Shown here: piece after piece, positions 21,201-30,241 of the stretch | How the letters are laid out: each line of letters starts with the position of its first letter | Position numbering within the stretch: the first letter of the stretch is position 1 | Assembly (NCBI GenBank): GCA_040285825.1 | Contig: JAUPSS010000004.1 | Coordinates: 6,291,784 to 6,355,783, forward strand | Reading direction: 5' to 3' | Length of the DNA: 64,000 nt | Origin: Eukaryota sp. TZLM1-RC | Lineage: Eukaryota; Protista; Metamonada: BaSk clade | Program-made: the position numbers and the translations under genes | The notes under the pieces: generated by a model | Told to the model about the DNA's origin: nothing | The model's database searches: none | The model's input: only the letters and a program-made list of their open reading frames with translations

Positions 21201-23908
21201 GAAGCCTCCAGCAAATCATCTGATCTCTTCTTATCTGGACAAAAGAAAAACAAGGAAGAATCCATAAGTGTTTTGTAAAATAAATTCCTTAACACACAAG
21301 TATTTACTGCCCCACTCGCTAAAGGAGATGTAAATGGTTTTAATAGAAACCTTGTATAAACAGTAGCTAATTCGGTTACATTTCCGGAAAGAGAAGGTAA
21401 AATATCAATGATGAATGCTGACGTGGCAGATGACATTGATTTAGCCAGATTAGGAAAAGTTTTGCCAAATGAGCGAGTTGCAATTCCAATACGAGCTACA
21501 AGAGATCTTATTGGTGAGGTGATGATGACCTGGCGGTTCAAAAAAGCTAAATTAATAGATTTAGCAACTAACTTATACAGAAAAGGGCTTAAGTGCAATG
21601 ACAGCAGTGCTGGTTCGCTATAATCACCAGTATCTTCATGCTTGGCCAACAATTTTGCCCATTCACTTGTTAAAGAAGTGTAAAGGGAAACGGTGCTGGG
21701 ATCAGGTAGTATAGACTTGTTTGTTTCTTCATGAAAATGGCGGTAAACAAACGATTCAAGCAGACTTCCGCCATTTTCAACGACAGCAACAGCAGCAACC
21801 ACTCTAAGTATTGAAACAAACAATTCTTCAGATAATGAACTACTGAAACCTTTAAAAGAGAGGGATGATGCTAGATTGACCTCTTTTTCTGCAGATGAAG
21901 GTGTGGAGGGTGTCATTGGATGAGCAGAAATTGTCATCGACTTTCGTGACGAGTTGAGAGCACGTGACAAAATATTCAACAAAACTGGGAAAAATTTGAC
22001 CATTGTACAAGAGTCTGAAGTAGATAACAAAGCACCTATCCTTAGTACTCTGGAGTTTGAATTAAAAATCATAGCCGCAGATCTCATTAATAGATTAATA
22101 GCTGAATCTGTGGGATATAATGAAGAATTAACAGACAATTTAAACAAAATTCCCAAATTTTCTCTATTTGATTTAAGTAAACGCTGCGGAAATGCTGGTT
22201 TTAATTGATCTCTAACATTAGGAGATAAATAACCATTAATTACAGGAGTCTGAAACAATTCAATGGTACGAGGTCCACTTTCGATTAAGCACATGTTGAG
22301 GTAAAGGGGCAAGAAGCCAAACGCAACAGAATCTCCAAATTCAAGTCCATTTTGTTTAGCTTTCCCTATTTGACGGCACGAAACATGGAATAGTTCAAAG
22401 TACAAGTGATGACTGGCTTGTAGATGGAGAGGTAGAAACACTTTAACGAAAAAGGAAAGTGGATGGGATTTTGAGTGATAAATAACCGGGCTAAAAACAT
22501 GAGAGACGAGGTTTCCGTTTGAGTACAAATAAGCCAGGTTATCTTCTGAGCTTCCTGTGTCGCTCGATCTCAATTCCACCTTAATTGCAATATTTCTGGC
22601 AGAATTTGAAGCAATAATACCTTCGATATTAATGCCAATAAATTGCAGTTCGACAAAATGAAAAAAATTAGTAAAAACAGAAACAGGCCAAGTTCTTCCC
22701 AACGGAAACAGCTGACGTGATGGACTTGACTTTTCTTGACCCAGTTCAATTGCCTTGAAATTAGCCGGGGTTCGTCTTTGCATTGAGTCAAATCTGTCTA
22801 AAGAAGACGGTTCAACTTCCCAAAGTCCAAATTCAAAGGAAAATGGAGAGTGTATTAATTTGAATTTGGATTTTCTGCTGGAATCCATCAAATTTGTGTC
22901 AGATAATGATTTGAGTTGATCAATTAAAGATGAAAAAATAGAATCAATTTCAATACCTTCCATTTCAGAAAAATTAGTACTCAAAGATGATACAAAATAC
23001 AGAGGAATTGTCTGACAATCACGATTACCCTCACGTGAATCAAATGACGTCACATTTGATTGAAGGTCAAAATACTGCCCTAGAGGAATAATACTATAAC
23101 CTAATATTTCAGAAAACAGACCTGTAACAGAAGCAGAACTTTCATATAAATTATTCAAAACTTTATCATTTCCCTCCACCAGCTCATCATAAGCATCATG
23201 ACATTTACTCGGATCTCCAGATAAAACTCTTTTAAAAGTAATTAATACAGTGAACCTGCTAGGGTCCATTCTTGGAGGGATAGGGAGAATCACCCTGCGT
23301 AGAGGTAGGTCTTCCCTAGGGGCAAGGAAAGCAGGGAGGGAGGATGTGGTGAATGAAGTCGAGCGATGGGAGAAAAGGTCAAAGTCAAATGACTCGGAGC
23401 AAAAAGTTTTGGTTCGTGAATCATAAACAGAGAGTTGGCCAGTGATGGGTTCGGCATTAATGGGGAGAAGGGTTTCAGAGACAACTAGCGAGTGAAGTTC
23501 TAGTAGAAATGACCTTGTTGGGGTTGGTGACAGAGGTGGGATTGTACCAGGTTGTGGAGAGAGGAAGGGTTCTGGTGAGTACTCAAACCTTGGGTCGGAC
23601 AGTGAAATAAGGTATTCAGAGCATGGGGGCTTAGTGGGATCAGTTGTTTCATCACCTTCAAACTCAAAAGAAAGTTTAGTAGAAAGTAAAGATGAAGTGA
23701 CGGATTCTACACCAGGAACAGTGAGGGGGTTAGGACGTGTAACTGGAAAGAAATGGGGATACCTGTGTTCAATAGTATTGAGAGGTGCTTGGAAGAAATC
23801 AAGTACTTCAAGAACGTGTGGTTCCAGGTTCTTGCGGTCTGAAGGTAGAGCCACTGTGCGAGGTTGTACTGATTGTTGTATTAGACTGTGGCTTTCATTG
23901 TCGAGCAT
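18287..23908 (-). CDS. DOCK-family Rho GEF (DOCK-C/D-like; C2 DHR-1 + DHR-2)
   Basis: ARNIAIKVELR...HHLYFELFHVSC (DHR-1) and MQIQGSLLAMVNAGP (DHR-2 with the catalytic Val). First in-frame ATG is at 23908. Confidence 0.9.
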   Translation of the reverse strand: MLDNESHSLIQQSVQPRTVALPSDRKNLEPHVLEVLDFFQAPLNTIEHRYPHFFPVTRPNPLTVPGVESVTSSLLSTKLSFEFEGDETTDPTKPPCSEYLISLSDPRFEYSPEPFLSPQPGTIPPLSPTPTRSFLLELHSLVVSETLLPINAEPITGQLSVYDSRTKTFCSESFDFDLFSHRSTSFTTSSLPAFLAPREDLPLRRVILPIPPRMDPSRFTVLITFKRVLSGDPSKCHDAYDELVEGNDKVLNNLYESSASVTGLFSEILGYSIIPLGQYFDLQSNVTSFDSREGNRDCQTIPLYFVSSLSTNFSEMEGIEIDSIFSSLIDQLKSLSDTNLMDSSRKSKFKLIHSPFSFEFGLWEVEPSSLDRFDSMQRRTPANFKAIELGQEKSSPSRQLFPLGRTWPVSVFTNFFHFVELQFIGINIEGIIASNSARNIAIKVELRSSDTGSSEDNLAYLYSNGNLVSHVFSPVIYHSKSHPLSFFVKVFLPLHLQASHHLYFELFHVSCRQIGKAKQNGLEFGDSVAFGFLPLYLNMCLIESGPRTIELFQTPVINGYLSPNVRDQLKPAFPQRLLKSNRENLGILFKLSVNSSLYPTDSAINLLMRSAAMIFNSNSRVLRIGALLSTSDSCTMVKFFPVLLNILSRALNSSRKSMTISAHPMTPSTPSSAEKEVNLASSLSFKGFSSSLSEELFVSILRVVAAVAVVENGGSLLESFVYRHFHEETNKSILPDPSTVSLYTSLTSEWAKLLAKHEDTGDYSEPALLSLHLSPFLYKLVAKSINLAFLNRQVIITSPIRSLVARIGIATRSFGKTFPNLAKSMSSATSAFIIDILPSLSGNVTELATVYTRFLLKPFTSPLASGAVNTCVLRNLFYKTLMDSSLFFFCPDKKRSDDLLEASHSKISDVNAYLTNILEIFPIAGLPLSGLLDLIKSRDYSKNFVDQLILNFIHTACRIENDASLSEKERQKSALAFSPFLLTLIDNDLYSSMSPLSEAHVFFIIWIFSFLGEQLLTLLLSNINHVSILNILNLFKTNSTKFSIDHCVSIVRDRKFTEDTPEAKANDFAKAIQSTYSGTKPSNKFEVKRSQLHSFSRPGFNTIGHAPPSGLSHQLRTDPKFSQLETINSETEVTPAIRARSQVVSNYASISTALANTGRRRSNSIETGSGALVDGDMPSTRVDSVAPRGSCKFSSRFSMTFRKSIDGFPSSNSDESPIYNDDNWFGGYLSQNYVRVIMNILNIVSMSVSSEKIFPKSEKSSRKNQTAMLVYEIVFEFLNQSLSEYGFFSIFQLLVNLPFRHYSIIFDSNSESKLESLFLHLLKYMNYRALYLQNAAMEVVAVLLEVGFIQSKSNQVKRLLCKSLSTVLSDSSVEIKDNLPQLLDLLVTKTNKAQKWTTLTVRLLKSIITDTFTLKNAQKAGNSDLFTESDLIYRLSISNTDNVDLELSWLEQLASFYIKNSYFSSASLVYVRLATLISPIQKVKSSRDSKRDSQSTLLSLHDLTGLCSTYTCNNFLEEFDMSTVGDEFHRQLNLYLDYVDKATAYSVLAGIGPFINTLFPLRLYLTSQLKKSEVPVILVDWKNSFEKSKNYRQSTFYLVRFKGKAAGDYDNKNYVYQFPPLTKLHAVSPVFTKAFSAPVVVKPGQKIQKQEFRDDTVYVFVTEVTPCKGVGLNPLEISSLDQVCFRRFEFQYPFTKDGSKVSTASPNQIWIKKTHISTHSYLPAPRIRVSVESFTEHELSPVSSAAQGLQQRVASLASAMAKDPMVAQMQIQGSLLAMVNAGPAAIFESFFGEGQPQQDLEELKSSFCDLLEVCCTVLYSNWTYVESLPPNERPQAELFHEALEDGWYKLYDLIGSTVGYKGTMLVRKVNSGR

Positions 23909-23954
23909 CAGAGAAAATTGATTGGTGGTTTTTCTTTTGTACACACAATTATAA

Positions 23955-24418
23955 AATCATTCTTTCACCACTGTAATGCAGACTATCATTTTGCTATATT
24001 TAATGGACTCTGAAACTTCTTTTGTGGTGATCATTACTTCAGGTATTGGATTAATATTCGAGTATTTCAAATTATTTAAATGTTTTGATCTTGTTTTCAT
24101 AGTCAAAAAAGGTATAAATTGCCTTGGTTGAAAGCAAAATCTTCATATGATTCCAATACCAGGAAGTATGATTCAAAAGCAATGACCTTTGTCATGGTTT
24201 GTTTATTACCAATAATTCTGGGCTACTCTGTCTGGACTTATTACAATTCTTCGTTCAAATCTACCTACTCTTGGATCATCACTACGTTGGTCAACATTTC
24301 TTTTGCCTTTTCATTTGCTCAAATGGTTCCTCAAGTTTATATTAATTATAAACTAAAATCAGTGGCGCATATAAATTATAGAACGTTATCTTACAAATTT
24401 TTCACGACTATCATTGAT
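23955..24418 (+). pseudogene. Internal fragment of a CLPTM1-family gene
   Basis: ILLYLMDSETSFVV and TRKYDSKAM...YSWII...PQVYINYKLKSVAH...LSYKFFTTIID. Frameshift near 24118; truncated at both ends. Confidence 0.8.
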
Positions 24419-24725
24419 CCAGTCTATGAGGACCATTGCACCTTTCAATGTCATCAATCTGTTCATCTGAAGATTCAAGATCCTATTCACATACCAAATT
24501 CCGTTCGACAGAAGGAAGTGAGGTCGTGGAAATGAAAAGTTGATGGGTGTTTTGTGGAGAGAATATGTGAAGTAAATGAAGAAGACTGAGTCAGGTTCCA
24601 TTTACGGAGACGCATGTTAGAAGGCAAGTAGGATGCAGGTAAACGTTCATAAGAGGGGTGCTCTGTGTCGCTAAACATGTTGGAAGTTGAAGCGAAATGA
24701 ATTCCGCTTCTGTTTTTCTTTCCCC

Positions 24726-24890
24726 ATGAAACTTCTTGTCTTACTACTACTGCTCACGGCAGTTTTCGCCCGAAGTGTTTCTTTCATTATCTACCATACC
24801 ACTGTTGTCCATGGATGGCTCCTTCCTAAGCGTCACAATTCCACTGAATACGCCTATTTTGGAGATTCACAATCCATGATTGAGCACACT
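24726..24890 (+). pseudogene. N-terminal fragment of a secreted 5'-nucleotidase/calcineurin-like phosphoesterase
   Basis: Signal peptide MKLLVLLLLLTAVFA, then IIYHTTVVHGWL...AYFGD (cf. HTTDxHGWL...ADxGD). Breaks off after about 55 aa. Confidence 0.55.
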
Positions 24891-24914
24891 AATAGCACCC
24901 CCACCCCCACTACC

Positions 24915-25999
24915 CCATTAATAACAAATCTTTCAAAAAAAATGGTTTCAAATTCAATAATTACGCAGTAACCAATGGTATAAGTATTTGTTTTCAGTTT
25001 GTGAGAGAAGATCTCGCAGGATTAACCTTTAAACCTGATTCAAATATTGCCAAGGTATCAGTCCTTGATCCTGAAGATTATAGTGATAAAAATGTGGTTT
25101 TTGGTGATCTTGGAAGGAGAGATTTAATTCAATTTGGAGCACAGTCGGAAGAATCCAATTCAAATCCACTGAAAAAATATGAATATATATGAGGCTAACA
25201 TATGGTGAATGGTCACGTCTCAATAGAAAACACAAACAAGTGTTACAATTTTGTGTTAGACAAAATAATGGTAATAGTGAGGACCAGACAATGACCATTG
25301 AGGAATGGAATTCGTGGTTACGTGATCATGATTCAAAAACTGTTGATTACCACAAATTCAGAGAGTTTATGTTGGCCAAGTGTAAACACTACAATGCAGT
25401 GAAACAATTTTATAGTTTACCCTTATGGAGGATACATAATATCCAAAGTTATATCCATAGGCAAAAAACTGAAGAAAGAATTGTGAACAAGTTATTGACA
25501 ACATTCGGTGGTAAAGACAAAATGGTATTGTGTATTGGGGACTTGGGTCGTAAACCAATCAGTAATCTCAAACATAGTCCCCCAACTCCTTCCAATAGAT
25601 GGATAAGTTATTTTCTTAGACGAGGTTTTCAAACTGTTCTAATTGATGAAAGCCATACTTCTTCAAAGTGTCCTTGCTTTGAAAAAGTGTTTGAAACAAC
25701 TATCAAAATAAGGAATCCAATTCCTAAAAGTGCTGAAAAAACACCGTTCAAATTTCCTCATGGGCTTTTGGAATGTAGAAGTTCTCAGTGCATTAATGAT
25801 GCAAAAGCACGATGTAAAAAGTCAGAAAGTAGAGAAGCAGTCAAGGCAAAGTATTGGAATAGGAACAAGATGGCTTGTTTGAATATGTTGAATGTATTTG
25901 ATCACTGGTTATCCGGTGAAGAAGGTAGGCCTGTTTATCTTAGAACTTAGTTTATTTTTACTGACTAGTAAAATCTAGTCATAGTTGGCATACGCCACA
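24915..25999 (+). mobile_element. 5'-truncated Fanzor1-like (TnpB-family) nuclease copy with candidate omegaRNA, TSD-flanked
   Basis: FKKNGFKFNNYAVTNGISICFQFVRED (TDG.S block); RuvC-I VVFGDLGRRDL; frameshift at ~25188; IGDLG...PPTP; LIDESHTSSKCPC; HGLLEC; WNRNKMACLN; GRPVYLR*. CCACTACC is repeated at 24907-24914 and 26000-26007. Confidence 0.88.
25951..25999 (+). ncRNA. Candidate Fanzor omegaRNA scaffold (3' part)
   Basis: Two hairpins directly after the Fanzor stop: TGACTAG-taaaat-CTAGTCA (25962-25981) and TGGC-atac-GCCA (25986-25997). This is where Fanzor/TnpB guide scaffolds normally lie. Confidence 0.45.
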
Positions 26000-26204
26000 C
26001 CACTACCTTCACCAACGCTATTCTTTTTACCAACACTTGCACGAAGACTATTATAAAAGATGAATCGATAATATTTTATTTTGGAACTATTAGTTATGTG
26101 GTGAGTATTAGCACTTTTAGTTTTTAATTTAAATCATCTATAATACTACTGTCACTAAATGAATAACACTTATAATTCATCTAATCTATCTAATCTTTCT
26201 TCTT

Positions 26205-26470
26205 TGCTCAGTTCTTTAGGTAAGGCTGCTTTGGCTTTCCTTGAGTATTTCAGAGTAGTTGTAAAGGAGAGAGTTGAAGGAATTTTCAATCGTGCTTACT
26301 GGCAAAACAGGATTGTGTTTGCAATTTATAAGGGAATGTTGAAATACATTTCGGATTCAGTCTCTTCCTTTGGTCCATTTGCAAAATAATTAGTAATTAA
26401 CTCTTTGGATGTTGGAGAGGCAGATGACTATGTGGAGCCTTAGTTGTCTATTTGACATTCTTATTTTTAT
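26205..26470 (+). mobile_element. CRE-clade family C 3' fragment
   Basis: SLGKAALAFLEYF...YWQNRIVFAIYKG...LVINSLDVGE matches the end of the 10966 ORF and its 3' UTR. Confidence 0.7.
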
Positions 26471-26561
26471 TTTTGCTTATTAGATTATAGTTCTACAAGT
26501 TTCTAACTCACGTCAGTAACTTAGTTTTTTCTAAATCAATGAAAAGATTCTGGTATACTGA

Positions 26562-28699
26562 TTTTTTTATTTACTTATTTTATTCAAAAGAAAATATCAA
26601 AAACTAAAAATCAATTTGCTCAATCTCCACATCTACCATTGAAAATTTTCCTACAGCATTTTCTTCATAAAATCTTCGTAGTGATAACAACCAGGTAGAA
26701 ACAAGGCTATACATTCCTTTAAAAATAGAAAATACAATTCTATTTTGCCAAAAGGTTCGGTCAAATGATCTTCCAGTTTTGTTGTTGACAATAGATGAAA
26801 AATCGTCTATAGAAGATAACGCAGTTTTACCTAAGGTTCCAAATAAAGAAACAGCAAAAGGACAAAGAAGGTATTGAGTATGTGAGTTGGAATTCAGATT
26901 ATAGATTTTTTCCGCATATTTGATAATCTTCGCTTCTTCAGCTCTACTTCAAGGTGAATTATAAGATTGTACGAATTTTTCATTTGAGCTGTTTGATACA
27001 TCAGTAGATCTGACGTCAATAATGATCATTGATCCATGAAGACCGGGAACTAACACATCACCACGGCTATCACCAGAAGAATTCTGTCAGTTTCATCAGC
27101 CAAATTTGAAAGCAAAGGTTCTGAAAAGGATTCGATCTTGTGAGATTTAAACATAAAATAGAGATGACCACGGACTGCATCATGCACTTTTGATCTAAAA
27201 GTAATAAAACGATTACAATTAAATAAATGGGTTGGAGTGACAGGCTTACCACATTTACAAATTAAACCATGGGGAGATTATCAGGCCAAATAAAAGATCG
27301 AAGACGCATAGATAATAAAAAGCAAGGGTCTTCTAGAAACAAACCATAAATTCTTAATACTTGATTAATTAAACAAGACGAAAAACTATCACAAACATCC
27401 AGTAAAGAATTTGCAAAAGCAGAATTTTTTTTGTTTGGCCATGCCAAGACGTACTTCATAATCCAAGCCTTCAAATATTACTGTCAGTTTTTGTTGAAGC
27501 TTCTTCACACAATACCTTTAATTAACTAAATTTCGTTGAGGAATCTCTTGAACTGAGTCGGGAAAACATTGACACCACATTTCTGGTGCAATTTTATTAA
27601 TAGCAATGTCAAGGTCAAACAAAAAATTGGAAAATGGATTAAGCAAATGACTATCTTCACGATTGAGAAATTCAAAAATAAAATTTTTGCAACCACCAGC
27701 AAAAGCTGCTTGACAAAGAATTGAAGATTTAGTAAGGCCAACACCACCAAATTGTGAAGATAAGAACAAGTGGGCTCGAATTAATTCAGGATTCACTTCT
27801 AATAGGGAAGCAATGAAAGTTGCACGAAGTTGATTAAATGATCGGCGAGAAACATTGGACAAAGATGGTGCTGTTGATCTTAACAAGTGAGTAATTTTTC
27901 CGGAGTAACAAATTTTCAAAATAAAAAATTTGATATGTTTCTCTATTTCCAATTCAGAAATTGATTGAAGCTTTTTAGCAATTTTTTCAAGATTTTCAGT
28001 TATCTCATCAACATTTCCTAACCAACAACCTAAAAAACGAGAAGCTTTGTGAGAATAAATGGTAAAAAGAATTATACAGTTATTAATTTCAAACTCTTTG
28101 AAGTCATTACCAATTAAAAAACATTTTCGCGGATTCAGGTGGAGTTCTATATGTTCATATTGTGAAGCAGTTTCAATTGAAGCTTTGTGGACAACATCAA
28201 TAGGACCAATAAGGGAAATGTCATCCATTTAACCTACATTTTTTATATAAAAGTATTTTTCATTAATTGCTATCAAAAATTCCTGAATTGCAATACAAAA
28301 TAATAATGGGTTCAAGGGATCGCCTTGCTTTACAACAGATGAACACTTTAACGAAAATACATTATATACTAATTCACTGGATTTACCGTAAAACAAGTAG
28401 AAATAACTTTAAAGTTCAGGGAAATGTTTTTCAATTACTTCGTAAATTGCTTTTCTTTTTTCACTGTTGAAAGCATTGCTGAAATCTAAATTGAAAATAA
28501 AATTGTTTCCTTTGGAGTTAAAAAACAAGTCAAATGTTAGAGCAGCAACTGAAGCTCCATCAATCGTTTGAATACCAAATTCCAATGACGACAAAAATTT
28601 ACCAGCCTTTTTCACAATTCTATTAAAAATAATTGAGGCAAACAAACGAGAGAGAGATTCACCCAATGCAATAAGAAGAATTAATGAAGGTTTAGATAG
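26562..28699 (-). mobile_element. CRE-clade retrotransposon family B, decayed RT + RLE
   Basis: IALGESL, LDFSNAFNS, VKQGDPL, *MDDISL, FLGCWLG, FGGVGL, RGDVL...IIDV, EEAKIIKY, FWQNRI. Short A7 tail. TSD GGT(A/C)TACTGA at 26552-26561 and 28700-28709. Confidence 0.88.
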
Positions 28700-28795
28700 G
28701 GTCTACTGAAGATATGTAAATAAAGGTTAAAAGTGTGATAAGTCTGGAAGTTCAGAACTATAGCCCCAATCTGGTCTTAGCTACTGATGCTTTTG

Positions 28796-29215
28796 ATGAA
28801 AAACAGAACGTGTGAATTGAAATTTAGTTATGCTGGAAATTTTACGTCAGTAATAATTCGTCCCTTTTTTATAATTTACCTCAGCAGGTCAATGGATAAG
28901 TGAAAGCATAAACAGCCTCAAAAATTTTTCCAAATTTTTGTATTTCTAGTTGATCCTGATGCATCTTTGATATTTTGTGGCCATCAAACTAAGGATCATT
29001 TATCCAACAATTGATTTGATTTGTTGAATTGTAACCATATAATTGCCTTTTGAAGGATGGTTCATGATGTGGTAACATACACTAATCCAAAACCGTGCTG
29101 AGGTTGAAAATAGTGTGTGCTATGAATTGAAAGGTGAATTCATTGCTTGTTTTATAGAGACGGATAATGTTATCAAAGATAGAATGAACGAAAAATCATC
29201 ACTCAAGCCTCATCA
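28796..29215. repeat. Dispersed ~420-bp repeat, copy 1 (copy 2 at 54855-55279)
   Basis: Colinear, roughly 90% identical by eye from ATGAAAAACAGAACGTG to CAAGCCTCATCA. Identity unknown. Confidence 0.85.
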
Positions 29216-30210
29216 CTATAGCACACTTTAAATAAAGATATCCAATAATGTAAAAATATTTGATTAACCGCTGTTAATGCTGCTCTCTATCTTCCATGTG
29301 GAGTTTTGAGTACTGAAATTCTAGAACAATTCCATGTGTTTTTGTATAGCAATCCTTACTGTCAAGGGAACGGCTTATTTTCATTTATGGATAGGTTGTA
29401 GCTGTGTAAATCTAATGATTCAAGAGTGTCATGGTTGTTCTCCAGTAACGAAATTTAGAACTGATGAATTGATGAGGGAATTGGTGCTATTGTACTGTCA
29501 AAATGTGTTTCATAAACTTGATCAAATTCAGAAAGACTTAAAGAAAAGATCTTGATTCATTTTATCAACTTCCGATAATCTCAAGTCACAACTTCAGTTG
29601 AGGAGATTCATCTGAAACTTAGGAAGAGGAGGTGGAGGTGCAGGTGGGAAAGCGCCAGAGGGAGGACGAGAAGGGGGGCGCAGCTTGGAATGGACGATCA
29701 GCAATAGACTCGAGTATAGACTCAAGAATAGCCAGTAGTTTCTCTACAGACTGTCTTTTGTCTTTTTGTCTTTAGTTCTCATCAACCAATTTCACCAAGG
29801 ATGAAAGTTCTTGGAATAAGTTTGAATGTTGCTTGAAGAAAGTATGCATTTCAAATGAGAACCACAGAAATGAGAACCACAGGGCAGCGATGCCTTAAAA
29901 AACTGAAAAGTGATTATACACTCAGAGATTACATTTTACAATACAAGTTTGTTTTTTGTCTGATAGAAGTAAAACGGACAATTTATTCTCAAAATTGTTT
30001 GATATTAGCCAATGACCGCAATATCTTTGGGTTTATTTTTGGCAATTTACAATTGTGTACTGTGAGAATCTCATTCTGTTGATTTCAAGTAGTGAACAGA
30101 ACCACATTAAAGTTGAAGGGTGTGGTTAATTCAAAGTCAAAGTTCTTCGTTATTTGTTTTGTAAAAGAATCCAAACAAACACTTCGCTCCACATACAGTG
30201 TAACAACGTT

Positions 30211-30241
30211 TATTCCCTGGTTTTAGACGATATCTGTAGGA
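30211..30241 (+). promoter_or_regulatory. Pre-ATG motif class 1
   Basis: TATTCCCTGGTTTTAGACGATATCTGTAGGA-ATG. Confidence 0.6.

Noticed and set aside
25189-25950. Active Fanzor gene
   Set aside because: The N-terminal half is missing, there is a frameshift after RuvC-I, and the RuvC-III Asp is replaced by Asn.
29580-29850. Minus-strand Pro-rich frame (formin FH1-like)
   Set aside because: Short, interrupted by stops, with no FH2 similarity; at most an unassignable gene scrap.
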